Below are positions 16,131 through 32,800 of a DNA stretch of 64,000 nucleotides, piece by piece. The position numbers were made by a program, and so were the translations under genes. The stretch comes from Eledone cirrhosa (taxonomy: Eukaryota). Under the pieces are notes generated by a model. It saw only the letters and a list, made by a program, of their open reading frames with translations. It searched no databases and was not told the origin of the DNA. The stretch is taken from positions 71,238,001 to 71,302,000 of the forward strand of contig OZ024745.1 in the NCBI GenBank assembly GCA_964016885.1, given 5' to 3'. Positions within the stretch are counted from its first letter, which is position 1. Every line of letters begins with the position of its first letter.

Positions 16131-19100
16131 TACTGTCATCACCATTAACACTACTGTCATCACCATTAACACTACTGTCATCACCATTAACACTACTCTC
16201 AACACCATTAACACTGCTGTCATCACCATTAACAATGCTGTCAACACCATTAACACTACTGTCATCACCATTAACACTACTGTCATCACCATTAACACTA
16301 CTGTCATCACCATTAACACTACTGTCATCACCATTAACACTACTGTCATCACCATTAACACTACTGTCATCACCATTAACACTGCTGTCATCACCATTAA
16401 CACTACTGTCATCACCATTTACACTACTGTCATCACCATTATCACTACTGTCATCACCATTAACACTGCTGTCATCACCATTAACACTACTGTCATCACC
16501 ATTAACACTGCTGTCATCACCATTAACGCTAATGTCATCACCATTAACACTGCTGTCAACACCATTAACACTACTGTCATCACCATTAACACTACTGTCA
16601 ACACCATTAACACTACTGTCATCACCATTAACACTGCTGTCAACACCATTAACACTACTGTCATCACCATTAACACTACTGTCAACACCATTAACACTAC
16701 TGTCATCACCATTAACACTGCTCTCAACACCATTAACACTACTGTCATCACCATTAACACTACTGTCATCACCATTAACACTGCTGTCAACACCATTAAC
16801 CCTGCTGTCATCACCATTAACACTGCTGTCATCACCATTAACACTACTGTCATCACCATTAACACTACTCTCAACACCATTAACACTGCTGTCATCACCA
16901 TTAACAATGCTGTCAACACCATTAACACTACTGTCATCACCATTAACACTACTGTCATCACCATTAACACTACTGTCATCACCATTAACACTACTGTCAT
17001 CACCATTAACACTACTGTCATCACCATTAACACTACTGTCATCACCATTAACACTGCTGTCATCACCATTAACACTACTGTCATCACCATTAACACTGCT
17101 GTCATCACCATTAACGCTACTGTCATCACCATTAACACTGCTGTCAACACCATTAACACTACTGTCATCACCATTAACACTACTGTCAACACCATTAACA
17201 CTATTGTCATCACCATTAACACTGCTGTCAACACCATTAACACTACTGTCATCACCATTAACACTACTGTCAACACCATTAACACTACTGTCATCACCAT
17301 TAACACTGCTCTCAACACCATTAACACTACTGTCATCACCATTAACACTACTGTCATCACCATTAACACTGCTGTCAACACCATTAACACTACTGTCATC
17401 ACCAATAACACTACTGTCCTCACCATTAACAATACTGTCATCACCATTAACACTGCTGTCATCACTATTAACACTACTGTCATCACCATTAACACTACTG
17501 TCATCACCTTTAACACTACTGTCATCACCATTAACACTACTGTCATCACCATTAACACTGCTGTCAACACCATTAACACTACTGTCATCACCATTAACAC
17601 TACTGTCATCACCATTAACACTACTGTCATCACCATTAACACTGCTGTCATCACCATTAACACTGCTGTCATCAACATTAACACTGCTGACATCACCATT
17701 AACACTACTGCCATCACCATTAACACTGCTGTCATCACCATTAACACTGCTGCCATCACCATTAACACTACTGTCATCATCAATAACACTGCTGTCATCA
17801 ACATCAACACTACTGTCATCACCATTAACACTGCTGTCATCAACATTAACACTGCTGTCATCACCATTAACACTGCTGTCAACACCATTAACACTACTGT
17901 CATCACCAATAACACTGCTGTCATCACCATTAACACTACTGTCAACACCAGTAACACTGCTGTCATCACCATTAACACTACTGTCAACACCATTAACACT
18001 ACTGTCATCACCATTAACGCTGCTGTCATCATCATTAACACTACTGTCATCACCATTAACACTTCTGTCATCACCATTAACACTACTGTCATCACCATTA
18101 ACACTACTGTCAACAGCATTAACACTACTGTCATCACCATAAACACTGCTGTCATCACCATTAACACTAATGTCATCACCATTAACACTGCTGTCATCAC
18201 CATTAACACTACTGCCATCACCATTAACACTACTGTCAACAGCATTAACACTACTGTCATCACCATTAACACTGCTGTCATCACCATTAACACTAATGTC
18301 ATCACCATTAACACTGCTGTCATCACCATTAACACTACTGTCATCACCATTAACACTAATGTCATCACCATTAACACTACTGTCATCACCATTAACACTA
18401 CTGTCAACACCATTAACACTACTGTCATTACCATTAACACTGCTGTCATCACCATTAACACTACTGTCATCACCATTAACACTACTGTCATCACCATTTA
18501 CACTACTGTCATCACCATTATCACTACTGTCATCACCATTAACACTACTGTCATCACCATTAACACTACTGTCATCACCATTAACACTACTGTCATCACC
18601 ACTAACACTACTGTCATCACCATTTACACTACTGTCATCACCATTATCACTACTGTCATCACCATTAACACTGCTGTCATCACCATTAACACTACTGTCA
18701 TCACCATTAACACTGCTGTCATCACCATTAACGCTAATGTCATCACCATTAACACTGCTGTCAACACCATTAACACTACTGTCATCACCATTAACACTAC
18801 TGTCAACACCATTAACACTACTGTCATCACCATTAACACTGCTGTCAACACCATTAACACTACTGTCATCACCATTAACACTACTGTCAACACCATTAAC
18901 ACTACTGTCATCACCATTAACACTGCTCTCAACACCATTAACACTACTGTCATCACCATTAACACTACTGTCATCACCATTAACACTGCTGTCAACACCA
19001 TTAACACTACTGTCATCACCAATAACACTACTGTCCTCACCATTAACAATACTGTCATCACCATTAACACTGCTGTCATCACTATTAACACTACTGTCAT

Positions 19101-22100
19101 CACCATTAACACTACTGTCATCACCTGTAACACTACTGTCATCACCATTAACACTACTGTCATCACCATTAACACTGCTGTCAACACCATTAACACTACT
19201 GTCATCACCATTAACACTACTGTCATCACCATTAACACTACTGTCAACACCATTAACACTACTGTCTTCACCATTAACACTGCTGTCAACACCATTAACA
19301 CTGCTGTCAACACCATTAACACTACTGTCATCATCATTAACACTACTGTCATCACCATTAACACTACTGCCATCACCATTAACACTGATGTCAACACCAT
19401 TAACACTACTGTCATCAGCATTAACACTACTGTCATCACCATTAACACTGCTGTCATCACCATTAACACTACTGTCATCACCATTAACACTGCTGTCATC
19501 ACCATTAACACTACTGTCATCACCATTAACACTACTGTCAACACCATTAACACTGCTGTCATCACCATTAACACTACTGTCATCACCATTAACACTACTG
19601 TCATCACCATTAACACTACTGTCATCACCATTAACACTGCTGTCATCACCATTAACACTATTGTCATCACCATTAACACTACTGTCAACACCATTAACAC
19701 TGCTGTCATCACCATTAACACTACTGTCATCACCATTAACACTACTGTCATCACCATTAACACTGCTGTCATCACCATTAACACTACTGTCATCACCATT
19801 AACACTACTGTCAACACCATTGACACTGCTGTCATCACCATTAACACTACTGTCATCACCATTAACACTGCTGTCATCACCATTAACACTACTGTCATCA
19901 CCATTAACACTGCTGTCATCACCATTAACACTACTGTCATCACCATTAACACTACTGTCATCACCACTAACACTACTGTCATCACCATTAACACTAGTGT
20001 CATCACCATTAACACTACTGTCATCACCATTAACACTACTGTCATCACCATTAACACTACTGTCATCACCACTAACACTACTGTCATCACCACTAACACT
20101 ACTGTCATCACCATTAACACTACTGTCATCACCATTAATACTACTGTCATCACCATTAACACTACTGTCATCACCACTAACACTACTGTCATCACCATTA
20201 ACACTAGTGTCATCACCATTAACACTACTGTCATCACCATTAACACTACTGTCATCACCATTAACACTACTGTCATCACCATTAACACTACTGTCATCAC
20301 CATTAACACTACTGTCATCACCACTAACACTACTGTCATCACCATTAACACTACTGTCATCACCATTAACACTACTGTCATCACCATTAACACTACTGTC
20401 ATCACCACTAACACTACTGTCATCACCATTATCACTACTGTCATCACCATTAACACTACTGTCATCACCATTAACACTGCTGTCATCACCACTAACACTA
20501 CTGTCATCACCATTATCACTACTGTCATCACCATTAACACTACCGTCATCACCATTAACACTACTGTCATCACCATTAACACTACTGTCATCACCATTAA
20601 CACTACTGTCATCACCTTTAACACTACTGTCATCACCATTAACACTACTGTCATCACCATTAACACTGCTGTCAACATCATTAACACTACTGTCATCACC
20701 ATTAACACTACTGTCATCACCATTAACACTACTGTCAACACCATTAACACTACTGTCTTCACCATTAACACTGCTGTCAACACCATTAACACTGCTGCCA
20801 TCACCATTAACACTGCTGTCATCACCATTAACACTACTGTCATCACCATTAACACTACTGTCATCACCATTAACACTACTGTCATCACCATTAACACTAC
20901 TGTCATCACCATTAACACTACTGTCATCACCATTAACACTACTGTCATCACCATTAACACTACTGTCAACACCATTAACACTACTGTCATCACCAATAAC
21001 ACTGCTGTCAACACCATTAACCCTGCTGTCATCACCATTAACACTGCTGTCATCACCATTAACACTACTGTCATCACCATTAACACTACTCTCAACACCA
21101 TTAACACTGCTGTCATCACCATTAACAATGCTGTCAACACCATTAACACTACTGTCATCACCATTAACACTACTGTCAACACCATTAACACTACTGTCAT
21201 CACCATTAACACTACTGTCATCACCATTAACACTACTGTCATCACCATTAACACTACTGTCATCACCATTAACACTACTGTCATCACCATTAACACTACT
21301 GTCATCACCATTAACACTGCTGTCATCACCATTAACACTACTGTCATCACCATTAACACTGCTGTCATCACCATTAACGCTACTGTCATCACCATTAACA
21401 CTGCTGTCAACACCATTAACACTACTGTCATCACCATTAACACTACTGTCAACACCATTAACACTATTGTCATCACCATTAACACTGCTGTCAACACCAT
21501 TAACACTACTGTCATCACCATTAACACTACTGTCAACACCATTAACACTACTGTCATCACCATTAACACTGCTCTCAACACCATTAACACTACTGTCATC
21601 ACCATTAACACTACTGTCATCACCATTAACACTGCTGTCAACACCATTAACACTACTGTCATCACCAATAACACTACTGTCCTCACCATTAACAATACTG
21701 TCATCACCATTAACACTGCTGTCATCACTATTAACACTACTGTCATCACCATTAACACTACTGTCATCACCTTTAACACTACTGTCATCACCATTAACAC
21801 TACTGTCATCACCATTAACACTGCTGTCAACACCATTAACACTACTGTCATCACCATTAACACTACTGTCATCACCATTAACACTACTGTCAACACCATT
21901 AACACTACTGTCTTCACCATTAACACTGCTGTCAACACCATTAACACTGCTGTCAACACCATTAACACTACTGTCATCATCATTAACACTACTGTCATCA
22001 CTATTAACACTACTGTCATCACCATTAACACTGATGTCAACACCATTAACACTACTGTCATCAGCATTAACACTACTGTCATCACCATTAACACTGCTGT

Positions 22101-22933
22101 CATCACCATTAACACTACTGTCATCACCATTAACACTGCTGTCATCACCATTAACACTACTGTCATCACCATTAACACTACTGTCAACACCATTAACACT
22201 GCTGTCATCACCATTAACACTACTGTCATCACCATTAACACTACTGTCATTACCATTAACACTACTGTCATCACCATTAACACTGCTGTCATCACCATTA
22301 ACACTACTGTCATCACCATTAACACTACTGTCAACACCATTAACACTGCTGTCATCACCATTAACACTACTGTCATCACCATTAACACTACTGTCATCAC
22401 CATTAACACTACTGTCATCACCATTAACACTACTGTCATCACCATTAACACTGCTGTCATCACCATTAACACTACTGTCATCACCATTAACACTACTGTC
22501 AACACCATTAACACTGCTGTCATCACCATTAACACTACTGTCATCACCATTAACACTGCTGTCATCACCATTAACACTACTGTCATCACCATTAACACTG
22601 CTGTCATCACCATTAACACTACTGTCATCACCATTAACACTACTGTCATCACCACTAACACTACTGTCATCACCATTAACACTAGTGTCATCACCATTAA
22701 CACTACTGTCATCACCATTAACACTACTGTCATCACCATTAACACTACTGTCATCACCACTATCACTACTGTCATCACCACTAACACTACTGTCATCACC
22801 ATTAACACTACTGTCATCACCATTAATACTACTGTCATCACCATTAACACTACTGTCATCACCACTAACACTACTGTCATCACCATTAACACTAGTGTCA
22901 TCACCATTAACACTACTGTCATCACCATTAACA

Positions 22934-25900
22934 CTACTGTCATCACCATTAACACTACTGTCATCACCATTAACACTACTGTCATCACCATTAACACTAC
23001 TGTCATCACCATTAACACTACTGTCATCACCATTAACACTACTGTCAACACCATTAACACTACTGTCATCACCATTAACACTACTGTCACCACCATTAAC
23101 ACTACTGTCAACACCATTAACACTACTGTCATCACCATTAACACTACTGTCACCACCATTAGCACTACTGTCATCACCATTAACACTACTGTCAACACCA
23201 TTAACACTACTGTCATCACCATTAACACTACTGTCATCACCATTAACACTACTGTCATCACCATTAACACTACTGTCAACACCGTTAACACTACTGTCAT
23301 CACCATTAACACTACTGTCACCACCATTAGCACTACTGTCATCACCATTAACACTACTGTCAACACCATTAACACTGCTGTCACCACCATTAACACTACT
23401 GTCATCACCATTAACACTACTGTCACCACCATTAGCACTACTGTCATCACCATTAACACTACTGTCAACACCATTAACACTGTTGTCACCACCATTAACA
23501 CTACTGTCATCACCATTAACACTACTGTCACCACCATTAACACTACTGTCATCACCATTAACACTACTGTCCATCACCATTAACACTACTGTCATCACCA
23601 TTAACACTACTGTCATCACCATTAACACTGCTGTCATCACCATTAACACTACTGTCATCACCATTAACACTACTGTCATCACCATTAACACTACTGTCAC
23701 CACCATTAACACTACTGTCAACACCATTAACACTACTGTCATCACCATTAACACTACTGTCACCACCATTAGCACTACTGTCATCACCATTAACACTGCT
23801 GACATCACCATTATCACTACTGTCACCACCATTAACACTACTGTCATCACCATTAACACTACTGTCAGCACCATTAGCACTACTGTCATCACTATTAACA
23901 CTACTGTCATCACCATTAACACTACTGTCATCACCATTAACACTACTGTCATCACCATTAACACTACTGTCATCACCACTAACACTACTGTCATCACCAT
24001 TAACACTACTGTCATCACCATTAACACTATTGTCATCACCACTAACACTACTGTCATCACCATTAACACTACTGTCACCACCATTAGCACTACTGTCATC
24101 ACCATTAACACTGCTGACATCACCATTATCACTACTGTCACCACCATTAACACTACTGTCATCACCATTAACACTACTGTCAGCACCATTAGCACTACTG
24201 TCATCACCATTAACACTACTGTCATCACCATTAACACTACTGTCATCACCATTAACACTACTGTCATCACCATTAACACTACTGTCATCACCACTAACAC
24301 TACTGTCATCACCATTAACACTACTGTCATCACCATTAACACTATTGTCATCACCACTAACACTACTGTCATCACCATTAACACTACTGTCACCACCATT
24401 AGCACTACTGTCATCACCATTAACACTGCTGACATCACCATTATCACTACTGTCACCACCATTAACACTACTGTCATCACCATTAACACTACTGTCAGCA
24501 CCATTAGCACTACTGTCATCACCATTAACACTACTGTCATCACCATTAACACTACTGTCATCACCATTAACACTACTGTCATCACCATTAACACTACTGT
24601 CATCACCACTAACACTACTGTCATCACCATTAACACTACTGTCATCACCATTAACACTATTGTCATCACCACTAACACTACTGTCATCACCATTAACACT
24701 GCTGTCATCACCAATAACACGACGGTCATCACCATTAACACTACTGTCATCACCATTAACACTACTGTCATCACCATTAACACTACTGTCATCACCATTA
24801 ACACTACTGTCATCACCATTGACACTACTGTCAACACCATTAACACTACTGTCATCACCATTAACACTACTGTCACCACCATTAGCACTACTGTCATCAC
24901 CATTAACACTACTGTCTTCACCATTAACACTACTGTCATCACCATTAACACTACTGTCAACACCATTAACACTAATGTCATCACCATTAACACTGCTGTC
25001 ATCACCATTAACACTACTGTCATCACCATTTACACTACTGTCAACACCATTAACACTACTGTCATCACCATTAACACTAATGTCATCACCATTAACACTG
25101 CTGTCATCACCATTAACACTACTGTCATCACCATTTACACTACTGTCAACACCATTAACACTACTGTCATCACCATTAACACTAATGTCATCACCATTAA
25201 CACTGCTGTCATCACCATTAACACTACTGTCATCACCATTTACACTACTGTCAACACCATTAACACTACTGTCTTCACCATTAACACTGCTGTCATCACC
25301 ATTAACACTACTGTCAACACCATTAACACTACTGTCATCACCATTAACACTACTGTCATCACCATTAACACTACTGTCATCACCATTAACACTACTGTCA
25401 ACACCATTAACACTACTGTCATCACCATTAACACTGCTGTCATAACCATTAACACTACTGTCATCACCATTAACACTACTGTCATCACCAATAACACTAC
25501 TGTCAACACCATTAACACTACTGTCATCACAATTAACACTGCTGTCATCACCATTAACACTACTGTCATCACCATTAACACTACTGTCATCACCATTAAC
25601 ACTGCTGTCATCACCATTAACACTGCTGTCATCACCATTAACACTACTGTCATCACCATTATCACTACTGTCATCACCATTAACACTACTGTCATCACCA
25701 TTAACACTACTATCAACAACATTATCACTACTGTCGTCACCATTAACACTACTGTCATCACCATTAACACTACTGTCATCACCATTAACACTACTGTCAT
25801 CACCATTAACACTACTGTCATCACCATTAACACTACTGTCATCACCATTAACACTACTGTCATCACCTTTAACACTACTGTCCTCACCATTATCACTACT

Positions 25901-28260
25901 GTCATCACCATTAACACTACTGTCATCACCATTAACACTACTGTCATCACCATTAACACTACTGTCATCACCATTAACACTACTGTCATCACCATTAACA
26001 CTACTGTCATCACCATTAACACTGCTGTCACCACCATCAACACTACTGTCATCACCATTAACACTACTGTCATCACCATTAACACTACTGTCATCACCAT
26101 TAACACTGCTGTCATCACCATTAACACTACTGTCATCACCATTAACACTACTGTCATCACCATTAACACTACTGTCATCACCATTAACACTACTGTCATC
26201 ACCATTAACACTGCTGTCACCACCATTAACACTACTGTCATCACCATTAACACTACTGTCATCACCATTAACACTACTGTCATCACCATTAACACTGCTG
26301 TCAACACAATTAACACTACTGTCATCACCATTAACACTACTGTCATCACCATTAACACTACTGTCAACACCATTAACACTACTGTCATCACCATTAACAC
26401 TGCTGTCAACACCATTAACACTGCTGTCATCACCATTAACACTGCTGTCATCACCATTAACACTACTGTCATCACCATTAACACTACTGTCAACACCATT
26501 AACACTGCTGTCATAACCATTAACACTGCTGTCAACACCATTAACACTACTGTCATCACCATTAACACTACTGTCAACACCATTAACACTACTGTCATCA
26601 CCATTATCACTACTGTCATCACCATTAACACTACTGTCATCACCATTAACACTACTGTCATCACCATTAACACTGCTGTCATCACCATTAACACTACTGT
26701 CATCACCATTAACACTGCCGTCATCACAATTAACGCTACTGCCATCACTATTAACAATGCTGTCAACACCATTAACACTACTGTCATCACCATAAACACT
26801 ACTGTCAACACTATTAACACTACTGTCATCACCATTATCACTACTGTCATCACCATTAACACAACTGTCAACACCATTAACACTACTGCCATCACCATTA
26901 ACACTGCTGTCATCACCATTAACACTGCTGCCATCACCATTAACACTACTGTCATCATCAATAACACTGCTGTCATCAACATCAACACTACTGTCATCAC
27001 CATTAACACTGCTGTCATCACCATTAACACTGCTGTCATCACCATTAACACTGCTGTCAACACCATTAACACTACTGTCATCACCAATAACACTGCTGTC
27101 ATCACCATTAACACTACTGTCAACACCAGTAACACTGCTGTCATCACCATTAACACTACTGTCAACACCATTAACACTACTGTCATCACCATTAACGCTG
27201 CTGTTATCATCATTAACACTACTGTCATCACCATTAACACTTCTGTCATCACCATTAACACTACTGTCATCACCATTAACACTACTGTCAACAGCATTAA
27301 CACTACTGTCATCACCATTAACACTGCTGTCATCACCATTAACACTAATGTCATCACCATTAACACTGCTGTCATCACCATTAACACTACTGTCATCACC
27401 ATTAACACTACTGTCAACAGCATTAACACTACTGTCATCACCATTAACACTGCTGTCATCACCATTAACACTAATGTCATCACCATTAACACTGCTGTCA
27501 TCACCATTAACACTACTGTCATCACCATTAACACTAATGTCATCACCATTAACACTACTGTCATCACCATTAACACTACTGTCAACACCATTAACACTAC
27601 TGTCATTACCATTAACACTGCTGTCATCACCATTAAAACTACTGTCATCACCATTAACACTACTGTCATCACCATTTACACTACTGTCATCACCATTATC
27701 ACTACTGTCATCACCATTAACACTACTGTCATCACCATTGACACTACTGTCATCACCATTAACACTACTGTCATCACCACTAACACTACTGTCATCACCA
27801 TTTACACTACTGTCATCACCATTATCACTACTGTCATCACCATTAACACTGCTGTCATCACCATTAACACTACTGTCATCACCATTAACACTGCTGTCAT
27901 CACCATTAACGCTAATGTCATCACCATTAACACTGCTGTCAACACCATTAACACTACTGTCATCACCATTAACACTACTGTCAACACCATTAACACTACT
28001 GTCATCACCATTAACACTGCTGTCAACACCATTAACACTACTGTCATCACCATTAACACTACTGTCAACACCATTAACACTACTGTCATCACCATTAACA
28101 CTGCTCTCAACACCATTAACACTACTGTCATCACCATTAACACTACTGTCATCACCATTAACACTGCTGTCAACACCATTAACACTACTGTCATCACCAA
28201 TAACACTACTGTCCTCACCATTAACAATACTGTCATCACCATTAACACTGCTGTCATCAC
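22934..28260. repeat. Higher-order block copy 2 (duplicate of 1-5348)
   Basis: Same ordered series of variant units as 1-5348, with a few private substitutions (e.g. aacaacatt ~25715, accatcaac ~26038, acaactg ~26863, attaaaact ~27637). Confidence 0.9.
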
Positions 28261-29870
28261 CACTAACACTACTGTCATCACCATTAACACTACTGTCATC
28301 ACCATTAATACTACTGTCATCACCATTAACACTACTGTCATCACCACTAACACTACTGTCATCACCATTAACACTAGTGTCATCACCATTAACACTACTG
28401 TCATCACCATTAACACTACTGTCATCACCATTAACACTACTGTCATCACCATTAACACTACTGTCATCACCATTAACACTACTGTCATCACCATTAACAC
28501 TACTGTCATCACCATTAACACTACTGTCATCACCATTAACACTACTGTCATCACCATTAACACTACTGTCATCACCATTCTCACTACTGTCATCACCATT
28601 AAAACTACTGACATCACCATTAACACTACTGTCAACACCATTATCACTACTGTCATCACCATTAACACTACTGACATCACCATTAACACTACTGTCATCA
28701 CCATTAACACTACTGTCATCACCATTAACACTACTGTCATCACCATTAACACTACTGTGATCACCATTAACACTACTGTCATCACCATTAACACTACTGT
28801 CATCACCATTAACACTACTGTCAACACCATTAACACTACTGTCATCACCATTAACACTACTGTCACCACCATTAACACTACTGTCAACACCATTAACACT
28901 ACTGTCATCACCATTAACACTACTGTCACCACCATTAGCACTACTGTCATCACCATTAACACTACTGTCAACACCATTAACACTACTGTCATCACCATTA
29001 ACACTACTGTCATCTACATTAACACTACTGTCATCACCATTAACACTACTGTCAACACCGTTAACACTACTGTCATCACCATTAACACTACTGTCACCAC
29101 CATTAGCACTACTGTCATCACCATTAACACTACTGTCAACACCATTAACACTGCTGTCACCACCATTAACACTACTGTCATCACCATTAACACTACTGTC
29201 ACCACCATTAGCACTACTGTCATCACCATTAACACTACTGTCAACACCATTAACACTGCTGTCACCACCATTAACACTACTGTCATCACCATTAACACTA
29301 CTGTCACCACCATTAACACTACTGTCATCACCATTAACACTACTGTCCATCACCATTAACACTACTGTCATCACCATTAACACTACTGTCATCACCATTA
29401 ACACTGCTGTCATCACCATTAACACTACTGTCATCACCATTAACACTACTGTCATCACCATTAACACTACTGTCACCACCATTAACACTACTGTCAACAC
29501 CATTAACACTACTGTCATCACCATTAACACTACTGTCACCACCATTAGCACTACTGTCATCACCATTAACACTGCTGACATCACCATTATCACTACTGTC
29601 ATCACCATTAACACTACTGTCAGCACCATTAGCACTACTGTCATCACCATTAACACTACTGTCATCACCATTAACACTACTGTCATCACCATTAACACTA
29701 CTGTCATCACCATTAACACTACTGTCATCACCATTAACACTACTGTCATCACCATTAACACTACTGTCATCACCATTAACACTATTGTCATCACCACTAA
29801 CACTACTGTCATCACCATTAACACTGCTGTCATCACCAATAACACGACGGTCATCACCATTAACACTACT
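28260..29870. repeat. Block duplicated at ~50457-52067 (offset 22197 = 1057 units)
   Basis: Markers attCtcac 28580/50777, ccGttaac 29060/51257, +C 29347/51544 and acGacGg 29846/52043. Confidence 0.88.
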
Positions 29871-32800
29871 GTCATCACCATTAACACTACTGTCATCACC
29901 ATTAACACTACTGTCATCACCATTAACACTACTGTCATCACCATTGACACTACTGTCAACACCATTAACACTACTGTCACCACCATTAGCACTACTGTCA
30001 TCACCATTAACACTACTGTCTTCACCATTAACACTACTGTCATCACCATTAACACTACTGTCAACACCATTAACACTAATGTCATCACCATTAACACTGC
30101 TGTCATCACCATTAACACTACTGTCATCACCATTTACACTACTGTCAACACCATTAACACTACTGTCATCACCATTAACACTAATGTCATCACCATTAAC
30201 ACTGCTGTCATCACCATTAACACTACTGTCATCACCATTTACACTACTGTCAACACCATTAACACTACTGGCTTCACCATTAACACTACTGTCAACACCA
30301 TTAACACTAATGTCATCACCATTAACACTGCTGTCATCACCATTAACACTACTGTCATCACCATTTACACTACTGTCAACACCATTAACACTACTGTCTT
30401 CACCATTAACACTGCTGTCATCACCATTAACACTACTGTCAACACCATTAACACTACTGTCATCACCATTAACACTACTGTCATCACCATTAACACTACT
30501 GTCATCACCATTAACACTACTGTCAACACCATTAACACTACTGTCATCACCATTAACACTGCTGTCATAACCATTAACACTACTGTCATCACCATTAACA
30601 CTACTGTCATCACCAATAACACTACTGTCAACAGCATTAACACTACTGTCATCACAATTAACACTGCTGTCATCACCATTAACACTACTGTCATCACCAT
30701 TAACACTACTGTCATCACCATTAACACTGCTGTCATCACCATTAACACTGCTGTCATCACCATTAACACTACTGTCATCACCATTATCACTACTGTCATC
30801 ACCATTAACACTACTGTCATCACCATTAACACTACTATCAACACCATTATCACTACTGTCGTCACCATTAACACTACTGTCATCACCATTAACACTACTG
30901 TCATCACCATTAACACTACTGTCATCACCATTAACACTACTGTCATCACCATTAACACTACTGTCATCACCATTAACACTACTGTCATCACCATTAACAC
31001 TACTGTCATCACCTTTAACACTACTGTCCTCACCATTATCACTACTGTCATCACCATTAACACTACTGTCATCACCATTAACACTACTGTCATCACCATT
31101 AACACTACTGTCATCACCATTAACACTACTGTCATCACCATTAACACTACTGTCATCACCATTAACACTGCTGTCACCACCATTAACACTACTGTCATCA
31201 CCATTAACACTACTGTCATCACCATTAACACTACTGTCATCACCATTAACACTGCTGTCATCACCATTAACACTACTGTCATCACCATTAACGCTACTGT
31301 CATCACCATTAACACTACTGTCATCACCATTAACAATACTGTCATCACCATTAACACTGCTGTCACCACCATTAACACTACTGTCATCACCATTAACACT
31401 ACTGTCATCACCATTAACACTACTGTCATCACCATTAACACTGCTGTCAACACAATTAACACTACTGTCATCACCATTAACACTACTGTCATCACCATTA
31501 ACACTACTGTCAACACCATTAACACTACTGTCATCACCATTAACACTGCTGTCAACACCATTAACACTGCTGTCATCACCATTAACACTGCGGTCATCAC
31601 CATTAACACTACTGTCATCACCATTAACACTACTGTCAACACCATTAACACTGCTGTCATAACCATTAACACTGCTGTCAACACCATTAACACTACTGTC
31701 ATCACCATTAACACTACTGTCAACACCATTAACACTACTGTCATCACCATTATCACTACTGTCATCACCATTAACACTACTGTCATCACCATTAACACTA
31801 CTGTCATCACCATTAACACTGCTGTCATCACCATTAACACTACTGTCATCACCATTAACACTGCTGTCATCACAATTAACGCTACTGCCATCACTATTAA
31901 CAATGCTGTCAACACCATTAACACTACTGTCATCACCATAAACACTACTGTCAACACTATTAACACTACTGTCATCACCATTATCACTACTGTCATCACC
32001 ATTAACACTACTGTCAACACCATTAACACTACTGCCATCACCATTAACACTGCTGTCATCACCATTAACACTGCTGCCATCACCATTAACACTACTGTCA
32101 TCATCAATAACACTGCTGTCATCAACATCAACACTACTGTCATCACCATTAACACTGCTGTCATCACCATTAACACTACTGTCATCACCATTAACACTGC
32201 TGTCAACACCATTAACACTACTGTCATCACCAATAACACTGCTGTCATCACCATTAACACTACTGTCAACACCAGTAACACTGCTGTCATCACCATTAAC
32301 ACTACTGTCAACACCATTAACACTACTGTCATCACCATTAACGCTGCTGTCATCATCATTAACACTACTGTCATCACCATTAACACTTCTGTCATCACCA
32401 TTAACACTACTGTCATCACCATTAACACTACTGTCAACAGCATTAACACTACTGTCATCACCATTAACACTGCTGTCATCACCATTAACACTAATGTCAT
32501 CACCATTAACACTGCTGTCATCACCATTAACACTACTGTCATCACCATTAACACTACTGTCAACAGCATTAACACTACTGTCATCACCATTAACACTGCT
32601 GTCATCACCATTAACACTAATGTCATCACCATTAACACTGCTGTCATCACCATTAACACTACTGTCATCACCATTAACACTAATGTCATCACCATTAACA
32701 CTACTGTCATCACCATTAACACTACTGTCAACACCATTAACACTACTGTCATTACCATTAACACTGCTGTCATCACCATTAACACTACTGTCATCACCAT

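Larger units (their letters stand above)
631..25029 (-). other. 24.4 kb repeat-derived open reading frame ((MVMTVVL)n shifting to (NGDDSSV)n); probably non-coding, not called as a gene
   Basis: The frame is open per the ORF track. It has no unique N- or C-terminal domain. It switches heptad at the +C at 23571 and stops just after the +C at 638. Confidence refers to it being a repeat-derived ORF rather than a real gene. Confidence 0.8.
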
